Assembly (NCBI GenBank): GCA_963752475.1 | Contig: CAVVYR010000008.1 | Coordinates: 320,001 to 384,000 of the forward strand | Direction of reading: 5' to 3' | Source: an uncultured Chloroflexia bacterium | GTDB taxonomy: Bacteria > Chloroflexota > Limnocylindria > Limnocylindrales > CSP1-4 | DNA: 64,000 nt | Shown here: in pieces, positions 1 to 10,571 of the stretch | How the letters are laid out: each line of letters opens with the position of its first letter | Position numbering within the stretch: the stretch's first letter is position 1 | Made by a program: the position numbers and the translations under genes | Notes under the pieces: generated by a model | Told to the model about the DNA's origin: nothing | Database searches by the model: none | Seen by the model: only the letters and a program-made list of their open reading frames with translations

Positions 1-3000
1 TCTTGTCCGTGGCGTCCTCCACAGACGTCTCCTCGCCGACCACGAGGCCGGCATCGCTGATGACCGTGGAGGCGGCGCCCTTCTTCGAGCCGACCACGTT
101 CGGGACGACCACCGGCTTGGGGCCCTTGCTGATGGTCAGCGTGACCTCCGAGCCGACATCGACCGGCGAGCCGGCAGCGGGCTGGGTCTTGACGGCGTTG
201 CCCGCGGCCACTTTGGCGTTGTGGGCTTCGCGGGTGACGACCGAGAGACCTTCGGCCTCGAGGCTCGCCTGCGCGTCGCCAGCGGCCACGTCCCTGACCT
301 CAGGGACCACGATCTGTGGCGGACCCGAGCTCAAGGTGATGTCCACGGCCGAGTTCTTGTCGGCCTGACCACCGGGAGGGGGGTCCTGCGCGACGACGGT
401 GTTCTTGGCGGCAGTATCCTCCACCACCGCTTCGGCACCGACCTTGAGCTCGGCGCCGGCGAGGGCGGTCTCAGCCTCGCTCAGCGTCATGCCGACGACA
501 TCAGGGATGTCGACCTGCTTGGGGCCCTTGCTCACGATGAGCGTGACCTCGGCGCCGATCTCGGCCTCGGTTCCGGCGGCGGGCTCGGTCTTGACAGCCT
601 GTCCAGCCGGGTACTTGGCGTTGGTGCGCTCGACGGGCATGACCACGAGGTCTGCGGCCTCGAGCGCGGCCTGAGCGGCGGCGGCCTCCTGGCCGGCGAC
701 GTCCGGGACGGTGCGGAACTTGGTGCCTGTCGAGATGAAGAGCTTCACGGACTCGCCGAGCAAGATCTCCTCACCCTCGGCCGGGTTGGTCTTGATGGCG
801 TCGCCGGCTCCGACCTTCTCGTGCGTCTGCTGTGTGATCTCGCCGACCACCAGATCGGCGCCCTCGATCGCTGCCACTGCGTCGGCCTCCGGCAGATCGC
901 GAACGGCAGGGACCTGGACGAACGGCGTGGGACCATCACTGATGACGAAGTCGACCGCCGAGCCCATGTCGACCTCCATCCCGGCGGACGGGGACTGGCT
1001 GACGACGTTGCCGGCGACGATGGTCTCGTCGTAGGCGTCGGTGATAGCGCCGACACTGAGGCCGGCGGCCTCGATGGCAGCGGCTGCGTCGGCTTCGGGG
1101 CTATCGACCACGTCCGGTGCGGCCACCTGTTCGACCCCGAGGCTGATGACGTAGTCGACGGCCGAAGCGGCGTCGACGGTGGTGTCGGCGGAAGGGCTGG
1201 TGCTGGTGACGTTGCCCGCGACGATGGTGTCGCTGAAGGCCTCGGTGCGGTTGCCCGCGGCGAGGCCGGCGTCGTCGATGGCGGCGAGCGCGTCGGCCTC
1301 GGCCATCTCGACGACGTCGGGCACCGTCGACCTGCTCGGGACCGATGCTCATGAAGAGGGAGACGGCGGAACCGATATCGACCATCTCACCGGCTCCTGG
1401 ATCCGTGCGTAGGGCGGCTCCGGCGGGCACGTTGGCATGGTTGCGCTCGAGGACCTCACCGACGGTCAGGCCGGCGGCTTCGATGGCACTCGTGGCGTCC
1501 TCCTGGGACAGCTCACGCACCTCGGGCACGGCGGCCTGCTCCACGCCGAGGGACTCGACGTAGCTGACGGCGGTGCCGAGCTCGACCTCGGTGCCGGCGC
1601 TCGGCGACTGGCTGATGACGTCGCCCGCGGCGACGGTGTCGCTGTATGCCTGGGTCGCGTCACCGACGCTGAGGCCGGCGGCGCTGATGGCATCGGGGGC
1701 ATCGGCGGCGGGCCCCGCGAGATCGGGCACGGCCACGGTCTCGACCCCGAGGCTGATGACGTAGTCGACGGCCGAAGCGGCGTCGACGGTGGTGTCGGCG
1801 GAAGGGCTGGTGCTGGTGACGTTGCCCGCGACGATGGTGTCGCTGAAGGCCTCGGTGCGGTTGCCCGCGGCGAGGCCGGCGTCGTCGATGGCGTCGAGCG
1901 CGTCGGCCTCGGCCAGGTCGACGATGTCGGGCACCGTCGACCTGCTCGGGACCGATGCTCATGAAGAGGGAGACGGCGGAACCGATATCGACCATCTCAC
2001 CGGCTCCTGGATCCGTGCGTAGGGCGGCTCCGGCGGGCACGTTGGCATGGTTGCGCTCGAGGACCTCACCGACGGTCAGGCCGGCGGCTTCGATGGCACT
2101 CGTGGCGTCCTCCTGGGACAGCTCACGCACCTCGGGCACGGCGGCCTGCTCCACGCCGAGGGACTCGACGTAGCTGACGGCGGTGCCGAGCTCGACCTCG
2201 GTGCCGGCGCTCGGCGACTGGCTGATGACGTCGCCCGCGGCGACGGTGTCGCTGTATGCCTGGGTCGCGTCACCGACGCTGAGGCCGGCGGCGCTGATGG
2301 CATCGGGGGCATCGGCGGCGGGCCCCGCGAGATCGGGCACGGCCACGGTCTCGACCCCGAGGCTGATGACGTAGTCGACGGCCGAAGCGGCGTCGACGGT
2401 GGTGTCGGCGGAAGGGCTGGTGCTGGTGACGTTGCCCGCGACGATGGTGTCGCTGAAGGCCTCGGTGCGGTTGCCCGCGGCGAGGCCGGCGTCGTCGATG
2501 GCGTCGAGCGCGTCGGCCTCGGCCAGGTCGACGATGTCGGGCACCGTGACCTGCTCGGGACCGATGGAGATGGAGTAGTGCGACCTCGGAGCCGACGGCG
2601 AGCCATCTCACCGGCTGCCGGGCTCTCGTGCGTAGGGCGCTCACCGGCCGGGACGGTGTCGCATGGTTACCTCGAAGGGGTGCCGACGGCGAGGCCGGCG
2701 GCGGTCGATGGCACTCGTGTCGGCTTCATCGGCGGGCCCCGCGAGGTCCGGCACGGCGGCCTGCTCCACGCCGAGGGACTCGACGTAGCTGACGGCGGTG
2801 CCGAGCTCGACCTCGGTGCCGGCGCTCGGCGACTGGCTGATGACGTCGCCCGCGGCGACGGTGTCGCTGTATGCCTGGGTCGCGTCACCGACGCTGAGGC
2901 CGGCGGCGCTGATGGCATCGGGGGCATCGGCGGCGGGCCCCGCGAGATCGGGCACGGCCACGGTCTCGACCCCGAGGCTGATGACGTAGTCGACGGCCGA

Positions 3001-6000
3001 AGCGGCGTCGACGGTGGTGTCGGCGGAAGGGCTGGTGCTGCTGACGTTGCCCGCGACGATGGTGTCGCTGAAGGCCTCGGTGCGGTTGCCCGCGGCGAGG
3101 CCGGCGTCGTCGATGGCGTCGAGCGCGTCGGCCTCGGCCAGGTCGACGATGTCGGGCACCGTGACCTGCTCAGGGCCGATGGAGATGGTGTAGTCGACCT
3201 CGGAGCCGACGGCAGCCATCTCACCGGCGGCCGGGCTCTGGTCGTTGACCTCACCGGCCGGGACGGTGTCGCTGTTCACCTCGAAGGTGGTGCCGACGGC
3301 GAAGCCGGCAGCGGTGATCCTCGCGTCGGCTTCATCGGCGGGCCCCGCGAGGTCCGGCACGGCGGCCTGCTCCACGCCGAGGGACTCGACGTAGCTGACG
3401 GCGGTGCCGAGCTCGACCTCGGTGCCGGCGCTCGGCGACTGGCTGATGACGTCGCCCGCGGCGACGGTGTCGCTGTATGCCTGGGTCGCGTCACCGACGC
3501 TGAGGCCGGCGGCGCTGATGGCATCGGGGGCATCGGCGGCGGGCCCCGCGAGATCGGGCACGGCCACGGTCTCGACCCCGAGGCTGATGACGTAGTCGAC
3601 GGCCGAAGCGGCGTCGACGGTGGTGTCGGCGGAAGGGCTGGTGCTGGTGACGTTGCCCGCGACGATGGTGTCGCTGAAGGCCTCGGTGCGGTTGCCCGCG
3701 GCGAGGCCGGCGTCGTCGATGGCGTCGAGCGCGTCGGCCTCGGCCAGGTCGACGATGTCGGGCACCGTGACCTGCTCAGGGCCGATGGAGATGGTGTAGT
3801 CGACCTCGGAGCCGACGGCAGCCATCTCACCGGCGGCCGGGCTCTGGTCGTTGACCTCACCGGCCGGGACGGTGTCGCTGTTCACCTCGAAGGTGGTGCC
3901 GACGGCGAAGCCGGCAGCGGTGATCCTCGCGTCGGCTTCATCGGCGGGCCCCGCGAGGTCCGGCACGGCGGCCTGCTCCACGCCGAGGGACTCGACGTAG
4001 CTGACGGCGGTGCCGAGCTCGACCTCGGTGCCGGCGCTCGGCGACTGGCTGATGACGTCGCCCGCGGCGACGGTGTCGCTGTATGCCTGGGTCGCGTCAC
4101 CGACGCTGAGGCCGGCGGCGCTGATGGCATCGGGGGCATCGGCGGCGGGCCCCGCGAGATCGGGCACGGCCACGGTCTCGACCCCGAGGCTGATGACGTA
4201 GTCGACGGCCGAAGCGGCGTCGACGGTGGTGTCGGCGGAAGGGCTGGTGCTGCTGACGTTGCCCGCGACGATGGTGTCGCTGAAGGCCTCGGTGCGGTTG
4301 CCCGCGGCGAGGCCGGCGTCGTCGATGGCGTCGAGCGCGTCGGCCTCGGCCAGGTCGACGATGTCGGGCACCGTGACCTGCTCAGGGCCGATGGAGATGG
4401 TGTAGTCGACCTCGGAGCCGACGGCAGCCATCTCACCGGCGGCCGGGCTCTGGTCGTTGACCTCACCGGCCGGGACGGTGTCGCTGTTCACCTCGAAGGT
4501 GGTGCCGACGGCGAAGCCGGCAGCGGTGATCCTCGCGTCGGCTTCATCGGCGGGCCCCGCGAGGTCCGGCACGGCGGCCTGCTCCACGCCGAGGGACTCG
4601 ACGTAGCTGACGGCGGTGCCGAGCTCGACCTCGGTGCCGGCGCTCGGCGACTGGCTGATGACGTCGCCCGCGGCGACGGTGTCGCTGTATGCCTGGGTCG
4701 CGTCACCGACGCTGAGGCCGGCGGCGCTGATGGCATCGGGGGCATCGGCGGCGGGCCCCGCGAGATCGGGCACGGCCACGGTCTCGACCCCGAGGCTGAT
4801 GACGTAGTCGACGGCCGAAGCGGCGTCGACGGTGGTGTCGGCGGAAGGGCTGGTGCTGGTGACGTTGCCCGCGACGATGGTGTCGCTGAAGGCCTCGGTG
4901 CGGTTGCCCGCGGCGAGGCCGGCGTCGTCGATGGCGTCGAGCGCGTCGGCCTCGGCCAGGTCGACGATGTCGGGCACCGTGACCTGCTCAGGGCCGATGG
5001 AGATGGTGTAGTCGACCTCGGAGCCGGGCGCGACCTCGGCGTCGGCGGCGGGATCGGAGCTGCTGACGTTGCCCGCGACGATGGTGTCGCTGAAGGCCTC
5101 GGTGCGGTTGCCCGCGGCGAGGCCGGCGTCGTCGATGGCGTCGAGCGCGTCGGCCTCGGCCAGGTCGACGATGTCGGGCACCGTGACCTGCTCAGGGCCG
5201 ATGGAGATGGTGTAGTCGACCTCGGAGCCGGGCGCGACCTCGGCGTCGGCGGCGGGATCGGAGCTGCTGACGTTGCCCGCGACGATGGTGTCGCTGAAGG
5301 CCTCGGTGCGGTTGCCCGCGGCGAGGCCGGCGTCGTCGATGGCGTCGAGCGCGTCGGCCTCGGCCAGGTCGACGATGTCGGGCACCGTGACCTGCTCAGG
5401 GCCGATGGAGATGGTGTAGTCGACCTCGGAGCCGGGCGCGACCTCGGCGTCGGCGGCGGGATCGGAGCTGCTGACGTTGCCCGTGACGATGGTGTCGCTG
5501 AAGGCCTCGGAGCGGTTGCCCGCGGCGAGGCCGGCGTCGTCGATGGCGTCGAGCGCGTCGGCCTCGGCCAGGTCGACGATGTCGGGCACCGTGACCTGCT
5601 CAGGGCCGATGGAGATGGTGTAGTCGACCTCGGAGCCGGGCGCGACCTCGGCGTCGGCGGCGGGATCGGAGCTGCTGACGTTGCCCGTGACGATGGTGTC
5701 GCTGAAGGCCTCGGAGCGGTTGCCCGCGGCGAGGCCGGCGTCGTCGATGGCGTCGAGCGCGTCGGCCTCGGCCAGGTCGACGATGTCGGGCACCGTGACC
5801 TGCTCAGGGCCGATGGAGATGGTGTAGTCGACCTCGGAGCCGGGCGCGACCTCGGCGTCGGCGGCGGGATCGGAGCTGCTGACGTTGCCCGTGACGATGG
5901 TGTCGCTGAAGGCCTCGGAGCGGTTGCCCGCGGCGAGGCCGGCGTCGTCGATGGCGTCGAGCGCGTCGGCCTCGGCCAGGTCGACGATGTCGGGCACCGT

Positions 6001-7197
6001 GACCTGCTCAGGGCCGATGGAGATGGTGTAGTCGACCTCGGAGCCGGGCGCGACCTCGGCGTCGGCGGCGGGATCGGAGCTGCTGACGTTGCCCGCGACG
6101 ATGGTGTCGCTGAAGGCCTCGGAGCGGTTGCCCGCGGCGAGGCCGGCGTCGTCGATGGCGTCGAGCGCGTCGGCCTCGGCCAGGTCGACGATGTCGGGCA
6201 CCGCGACCTGCTCGGGACCCTGGCTCACCACGAGGTCGACGGTGCTGCCCTCGGGCAGCTCGGAATCGGTGACAGGATCGGTGCTGATGACACCCCCGGC
6301 GGGGACGTCATCGTCGTAGACGTAGTCGATGTTGCCGACCGCGAAGCCGGACTCGTCGAGGACGGTCTCGGCGTCTTCTTCGCTCAGACCCGACACGTCG
6401 GGCACAGAGCCGGTGGGCACCGCCTGTGCCACTGATAGGTCGATGGTGGAACCTTCCTCGACCGGCTCTCCGGGCTCGGGTTCCTGCGAGAGGACGGTCC
6501 CGGGTTCGGCGTCGTCGGTGTTGACGGTCTCGACACGGATGACCAGGCCATAGTCGCCGGCCGTCGCTTCCGCCTGCTCGAGCGTGAGGCTGACGAAGCT
6601 CGGCGTGTCGACGATCGTGATGCCGGGGCTTTCGCTGGCTTCTTCGGTCGCGGCCGGGCTGGGCGAGAGTGAGGCGTCGACGTCGCTCAGGTTGTCGAAC
6701 GGGCGGAAGAGGATGAGCACGATGGCCAAAGCCACGATGAATGCACCCACGAGGATGCCGCCCACCAGCAGCACGGGCGTGCCCTCGTCCTCGGGCTCTT
6801 CGCCGGGCGGGATGGGGGGTGTCTCAGGCGGCTCGAGGGTGACCTCGGGCTTGGCGGCGAGTGCGGCGAGTGCAGCCTCAGTGGCCTCGGGATCCGGTGC
6901 CACGGGCGTCGTCGTCCAAGCAGCTCCGGCAGCAGCGGCGTCAGCTGCCTCGGCCTCGGTCTCGGCGACGACGTCTGCGGCAGCCTCCTCGTCCGCGGCA
7001 GGCGCGTCACCGACCGGTTCTGCGGGCTCGCCCTCCTCGGTCATGCCTGCGGACTCTTCGGCCGCTTCGGACTCTCCGGCCGCTTCGGCCTCCTCGGGCT
7101 GCTCGGTCGCCATCTCGGCCTCCTCGGGCTCGGGCGGCGTGCTCTGGGGATCGGTGGACATGTTGTCGTCGCCGGCGTCCGGCCTCTTCTCTGTCAT
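1..7197 (-). CDS. Giant PASTA-repeat membrane protein without a kinase domain (frameshifted; runs off the window start)
   Basis: Acidic N-terminus, one TM helix (VLLVGGILVGAFIVALAIVLILF), then about 32 PASTA-like units (VPDIVDLAEADA...GNVSSSDPAAD...VDYTISIGP). ORFs 2641-7197, 1660-2544 and 1101-1934 are joined by frameshifts at ~2550-2720, ~1938 and ~1328; the frame reads open from ~1325 toward position 1. Confidence 0.85.
1325..4980. repeat. Tandem ~606-615-bp units (three PASTA domains each)
   Basis: Identical 63-aa shadow ORFs start at 1573, 2183, 2798, 3404, 4010 and 4616 (periods 610, 615, 606, 606, 606). Confidence 0.95.
4980..6204. repeat. Six near-identical tandem 204-bp units (one PASTA domain each)
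   Basis: gacctgctcagggccgatggagatggtgtagtcgacctcggagccgggcg recurs at 4981 and 6001, which is 5 x 204 bp. Confidence 0.95.
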
Positions 7198-7337
7198 GGC
7201 AGGCGGACCTTATGCCAACCCGAGTGGGTCTGTGGGGCGATCCGGGAACCCATCTGGGTCTTTCCCGACGCAAGTGTCCGTTTCTTCATCGTCCGCCGCT
7301 CCTCGCTTCACTCGCAGGCGGCTCGCGATGTCAGAGG

Positions 7338-8603
7338 TCAGAGACCGAGGGTGTCCTTGAGAGTCCCCAGGGTCGCGTCGCTGTCGGCCACCAGGACGAG
7401 TACTGGAGAGGATAGTCCTCCAACGACATCGGCATTCGTCGCGCTATGCGCCCCAGGCAGGTCATTCATGGCCTTCCGAGCCGTGGAGCGGAACTCCTTC
7501 TGGTCCGCCGTGCTATCCCAGGCCGTCTGCCACACCACGGCCCATGCCCCGTCAGGTCCGTCGAGGCTCACGAGCCGGTCTCCACCCCAGCCGGCCGCGG
7601 CGTCGGCGTTGGGCAACTGCGCAGGCAGCGCCGGGAACAGCGATCGCGTCTTCTTGCCGTCGGCGAGCCAGATGTGTGTCTGCATCTCACCCATCGTCTG
7701 CTCGTAGCTGGAGACCCAGTCCGCACCGAGCGCCGATGCGATGTCGGGCAACTCGATCTCGACGGGCAGTTCCTTGGGGTAGAGCTCGGGGTGCAGGATC
7801 TGCTCCGTCGAGACGGGCGGGTCAGCGAAGGCGGCGTCGACCGCACCCCAGTCACCCTGGCCACGGAGCGCATTGACGAAGGTGTAGCCGTCGATGTAGG
7901 CGAACTCGAGCGGGCGCGTGACGATGTCCGGGAGGCGATCCAGCTTGTTTGCATCCTGTTGCGTGAGCGCCTGCGCCGAGACCGAGATGAGGTCGCGGAG
8001 CTTGAGCTCGCGCGCGGCCCAGTCGTACATCACGGCCGTGGCGTCCCCCTCGACCAGTGCCGCCTCGGCCCAGATGCGATCGGCCATGTCTGGGTCCTCG
8101 TCGTAGAACGTGTCGAGATCGAAGGCCTGATCCTGCAGGGCATGGCCGTACTCGTGAGCCACGATGATCTTCTCGGTGGGGCCGATCTTCTCGACCGGGC
8201 CGATGATCGAGAACGTCTCGGTCTCCGGATCGTAGGCCGCGAGCGCCTGCTGGTCGTAGAGCTTGAGGGTGAGCTTCTCGAGGTCCTGGTTCGGACCGAT
8301 CAGCCCGAGGCGCTTGTAGGTGTTTTCCTCGGCCTCGATGAACTCGGGCGGGTATTCCTCTAGCAGAGACTCCTTGAGCCCGGTCAGGAACGCCTCCGAG
8401 TCGATGACCTCATAGGTCACCCCCTCGGCCGCCGGCAGGCGGCGGATCGCAGGGACCGCGTCCGTGACCTCGGCCACGCGGTCGGCCATCTTCTGGGTGA
8501 AGCCTTCGGGCAGCTCGGACGCTTCCTCTTGTGCCGCGGCGGGCGTGACGACGAGCGTCGTGAGCAGGAGGGCAGGAGCGAGGGTGTGTCGGAGAGATGC
8601 CAT
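7338..8603 (-). CDS. Secreted HExxH-containing putative zinc metallopeptidase
   Basis: Signal peptide MASLRHTLAPALLLTTLVVTPAAA-Q, motif AHEYGHALQDQ and downstream ALVEGDA. ATG at 8603 is preferred over 8693. Confidence 0.7.
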   Translation of the reverse strand: MASLRHTLAPALLLTTLVVTPAAAQEEASELPEGFTQKMADRVAEVTDAVPAIRRLPAAEGVTYEVIDSEAFLTGLKESLLEEYPPEFIEAEENTYKRLGLIGPNQDLEKLTLKLYDQQALAAYDPETETFSIIGPVEKIGPTEKIIVAHEYGHALQDQAFDLDTFYDEDPDMADRIWAEAALVEGDATAVMYDWAARELKLRDLISVSAQALTQQDANKLDRLPDIVTRPLEFAYIDGYTFVNALRGQGDWGAVDAAFADPPVSTEQILHPELYPKELPVEIELPDIASALGADWVSSYEQTMGEMQTHIWLADGKKTRSLFPALPAQLPNADAAAGWGGDRLVSLDGPDGAWAVVWQTAWDSTADQKEFRSTARKAMNDLPGAHSATNADVVGGLSSPVLVLVADSDATLGTLKDTLGL

Positions 8604-8736
8604 TGCCGCATTCTGCCAGCCCTTCGCCCAAACACCAGCGGGACGAATGGGTCGTTTCGCCGAACGTGCACCAGATGTGCGTTTCTTCATCATTCGGGGT
8701 CTGGTGCCTTCACGCTCGATGTCTACTCTTCTCGAT

Positions 8737-8827
8737 ACGGAACCGCGAAGATGATCTTCACAGTTCCCTCTCCCTCCCTCTTGGAACGAGGGGCGCTGAT
8801 TGGGCAGGCGTCCCTCGTTCCTTCTTT
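8737..8827 (+). ncRNA. Candidate small RNA (hairpin, C/U-rich linker, intrinsic terminator)
   Basis: TACTCT -10 at 8724-8729; hairpin 8739-8767; CUCUCCCUCCCUCUU 8768-8782; 14-bp stem 8783-8821 followed by TTCTTT. No + strand gene lies upstream. Confidence 0.5.
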
Positions 8828-8872
8828 GTGTGCCTCCGGTGGGCCGCGCGCGCCTGTGGCACCATCGGATTC

Positions 8873-9559
8873 ATGGAAATCACCTGGTTCGGCGGCTCAT
8901 GTGTTCGTCTCAAGGGACGTGAGGGGGTCGTCGCCGCAGACCCGTTCCGGTCCATCGCTGGGCCCACGGGCCGTGGCCTCACCGCAGATATCGTCTCGTA
9001 CGGCCACCCCGACGAGTCGGTCGTGACCGGGCGTGGTTCCAAGGCCAAGGCCGGTGTGACCTCACACCAGCTCGGTGTGCCGCTGCCGACGAGCCTGGAG
9101 AGGGCCTTCGTGCTCGACTCCCCCGGAGAGTACGAGGTCCACGACGTGATGGTCGTGGGTGTGCGCACGTTCCGGGACAACGAGCAGGGTGCCGCCCGCG
9201 GGATGAGCACCTCGTTCGTATACGAGCTTGACGGGATCTACGTCGCTCACCTGGGCGAGGTCGGGCATCTGCTGGACCAGGACACCGTCCGCGAGATGGG
9301 CCACGTCGACGTGGTCTGCCTTGGCGTAGGGCCGCAACTGAGCGCCCCTCACGCGGCTGAGATCGTGGGGCAACTCGATGCCCACATGGTGGTGCCGATG
9401 CCGCTGACCGAAGCCGCTGCCGCGCCGGGGGGCGACCTCGAGAAGTTCCTCAACGAGATGAGCGCGACCGAGGCCCAGCCAGTGCCCAGCCTGAAGGTGA
9501 CCATCTCGACCGTGCCCAACGAGACCACGGTCGTGCTGCTGGAGCAGCGCGGACGCTAG
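8873..9559 (+). CDS. MBL-fold (Lactamase_B_3-like) protein with degenerate metal ligands
   Basis: MEITWFGGSCVRLKG...DPF, PGEYEV, HLGEVG, VVPMP. Confidence 0.75.
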   Translation: MEITWFGGSCVRLKGREGVVAADPFRSIAGPTGRGLTADIVSYGHPDESVVTGRGSKAKAGVTSHQLGVPLPTSLERAFVLDSPGEYEVHDVMVVGVRTFRDNEQGAARGMSTSFVYELDGIYVAHLGEVGHLLDQDTVREMGHVDVVCLGVGPQLSAPHAAEIVGQLDAHMVVPMPLTEAAAAPGGDLEKFLNEMSATEAQPVPSLKVTISTVPNETTVVLLEQRGR

Positions 9560-9581
9560 CAGCCGCTCCTGCGGACGCCAG

Positions 9582-10556
9582 TCAAGACCGCTCTCGTGCC
9601 TGTTCCAGCCTGACCTCGAGGACCATGCTCGGGTCGTAGCGCCTGATACGCAGCCATGAAGCTGCCTCCAGCAAGCGCTGCTCGGCGGTGTGGAACGAGG
9701 CCGAGCCGATGTGATCGGCTACCGCCACCAGCGCCGCGGCAGGCATCAGACCGATGAGCTCCGAGTCGAGCAGGCTCACGCCTTCCTCGGCGGCCAATCG
9801 CTCCGCCTCTTCCCACACCCGCCAGAGCGGGCTCACCTCGTGGTCGAGGATGTTCATCGAGAGCTGTGCACAGCCTTGCGAGACGAGGTCGATGCCGAGC
9901 GCCTGAACGGCCTCGAGTCCGCCATCACTGGCTCGGATCCGTGTCGCGATGCGCCGAGCGACGGCCACGTCGGCGGTCGAGAGCTGGATGTTCCAGGCGA
10001 TGAGGAACGGGCGGGCACCGACGACGGCGGCGCCGGCCGTGGGATGCGGTCGGGCCGGCCCGAAGTCGGGTGCACCACCAGGCTGTGCCATGGCTTTGGC
10101 CAGGCCCTCATAGCGTGGGCGCCGGACGTCGGCGAGGTTCGCGCGCTCCGGCGAGCGGGCGGCGCGAGCGTAGAGGTAGACGGGGAGTTCGAAGCGATCG
10201 GCGATGCGCTCGGCGAACTCACGGGCACCGGCTACGCACTGCGCCATGGTGGTGTCACCGAGGGGCACGAAGGGGATGACGTCGACAGCGCCGATGCGCG
10301 GGTGGCGTCCGACCTGTCGGTTCATGTCGATACGCTCGATGGCCACCTCCAGCGCGGCCTCCATGGCCCCCATCACGCGACCGGGGAATCCGGCCATCGT
10401 GAACACCGCTCGGCCGTGATCGACGTCGGCGCTGCGATCGAGGAGCCAGCAGCCAGCGTGCCCTTCGACCGCGTCGGCGATGGCGTCGAGCGTCTCGCTG
10501 TCGGCGCCCTCCGAGATGTTGGGCACGCACTCGACGAAGCTTTCCATGGGGTCCAT
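9582..10556 (-). CDS. ftcD: Glutamate formimidoyltransferase (FTCD N-terminal part)
   Basis: VECVPNISEG, DVDHGRAVFT, HPRIGAVDVIPFVP, GARPFLIAWNI. Confidence 0.9.
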   Translation of the reverse strand: MDPMESFVECVPNISEGADSETLDAIADAVEGHAGCWLLDRSADVDHGRAVFTMAGFPGRVMGAMEAALEVAIERIDMNRQVGRHPRIGAVDVIPFVPLGDTTMAQCVAGAREFAERIADRFELPVYLYARAARSPERANLADVRRPRYEGLAKAMAQPGGAPDFGPARPHPTAGAAVVGARPFLIAWNIQLSTADVAVARRIATRIRASDGGLEAVQALGIDLVSQGCAQLSMNILDHEVSPLWRVWEEAERLAAEEGVSLLDSELIGLMPAAALVAVADHIGSASFHTAEQRLLEAASWLRIRRYDPSMVLEVRLEQARERS

Positions 10557-10571
10557 GAAAGCGATGCTAGC

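Noticed and set aside
1325-6204. Tandem repeats as a CRISPR array or DGR template/variable repeats
   Set aside because: The units are 204/606-bp coding repeats without unique spacers or adenine-specific variation; no cas or reverse transcriptase gene in the window.
2047-6435. 1462-aa + strand ORF and the other long antisense ORFs (e.g. 47083-49212, 54154-55827, 56001-57557)
   Set aside because: Shadow frames of high-GC genes on the opposite strand, with no recognisable motifs.
6600-7197. PASTA protein as a PknB-type Ser/Thr kinase
   Set aside because: The region before the TM helix is a short, acidic, low-complexity segment with no kinase motifs.
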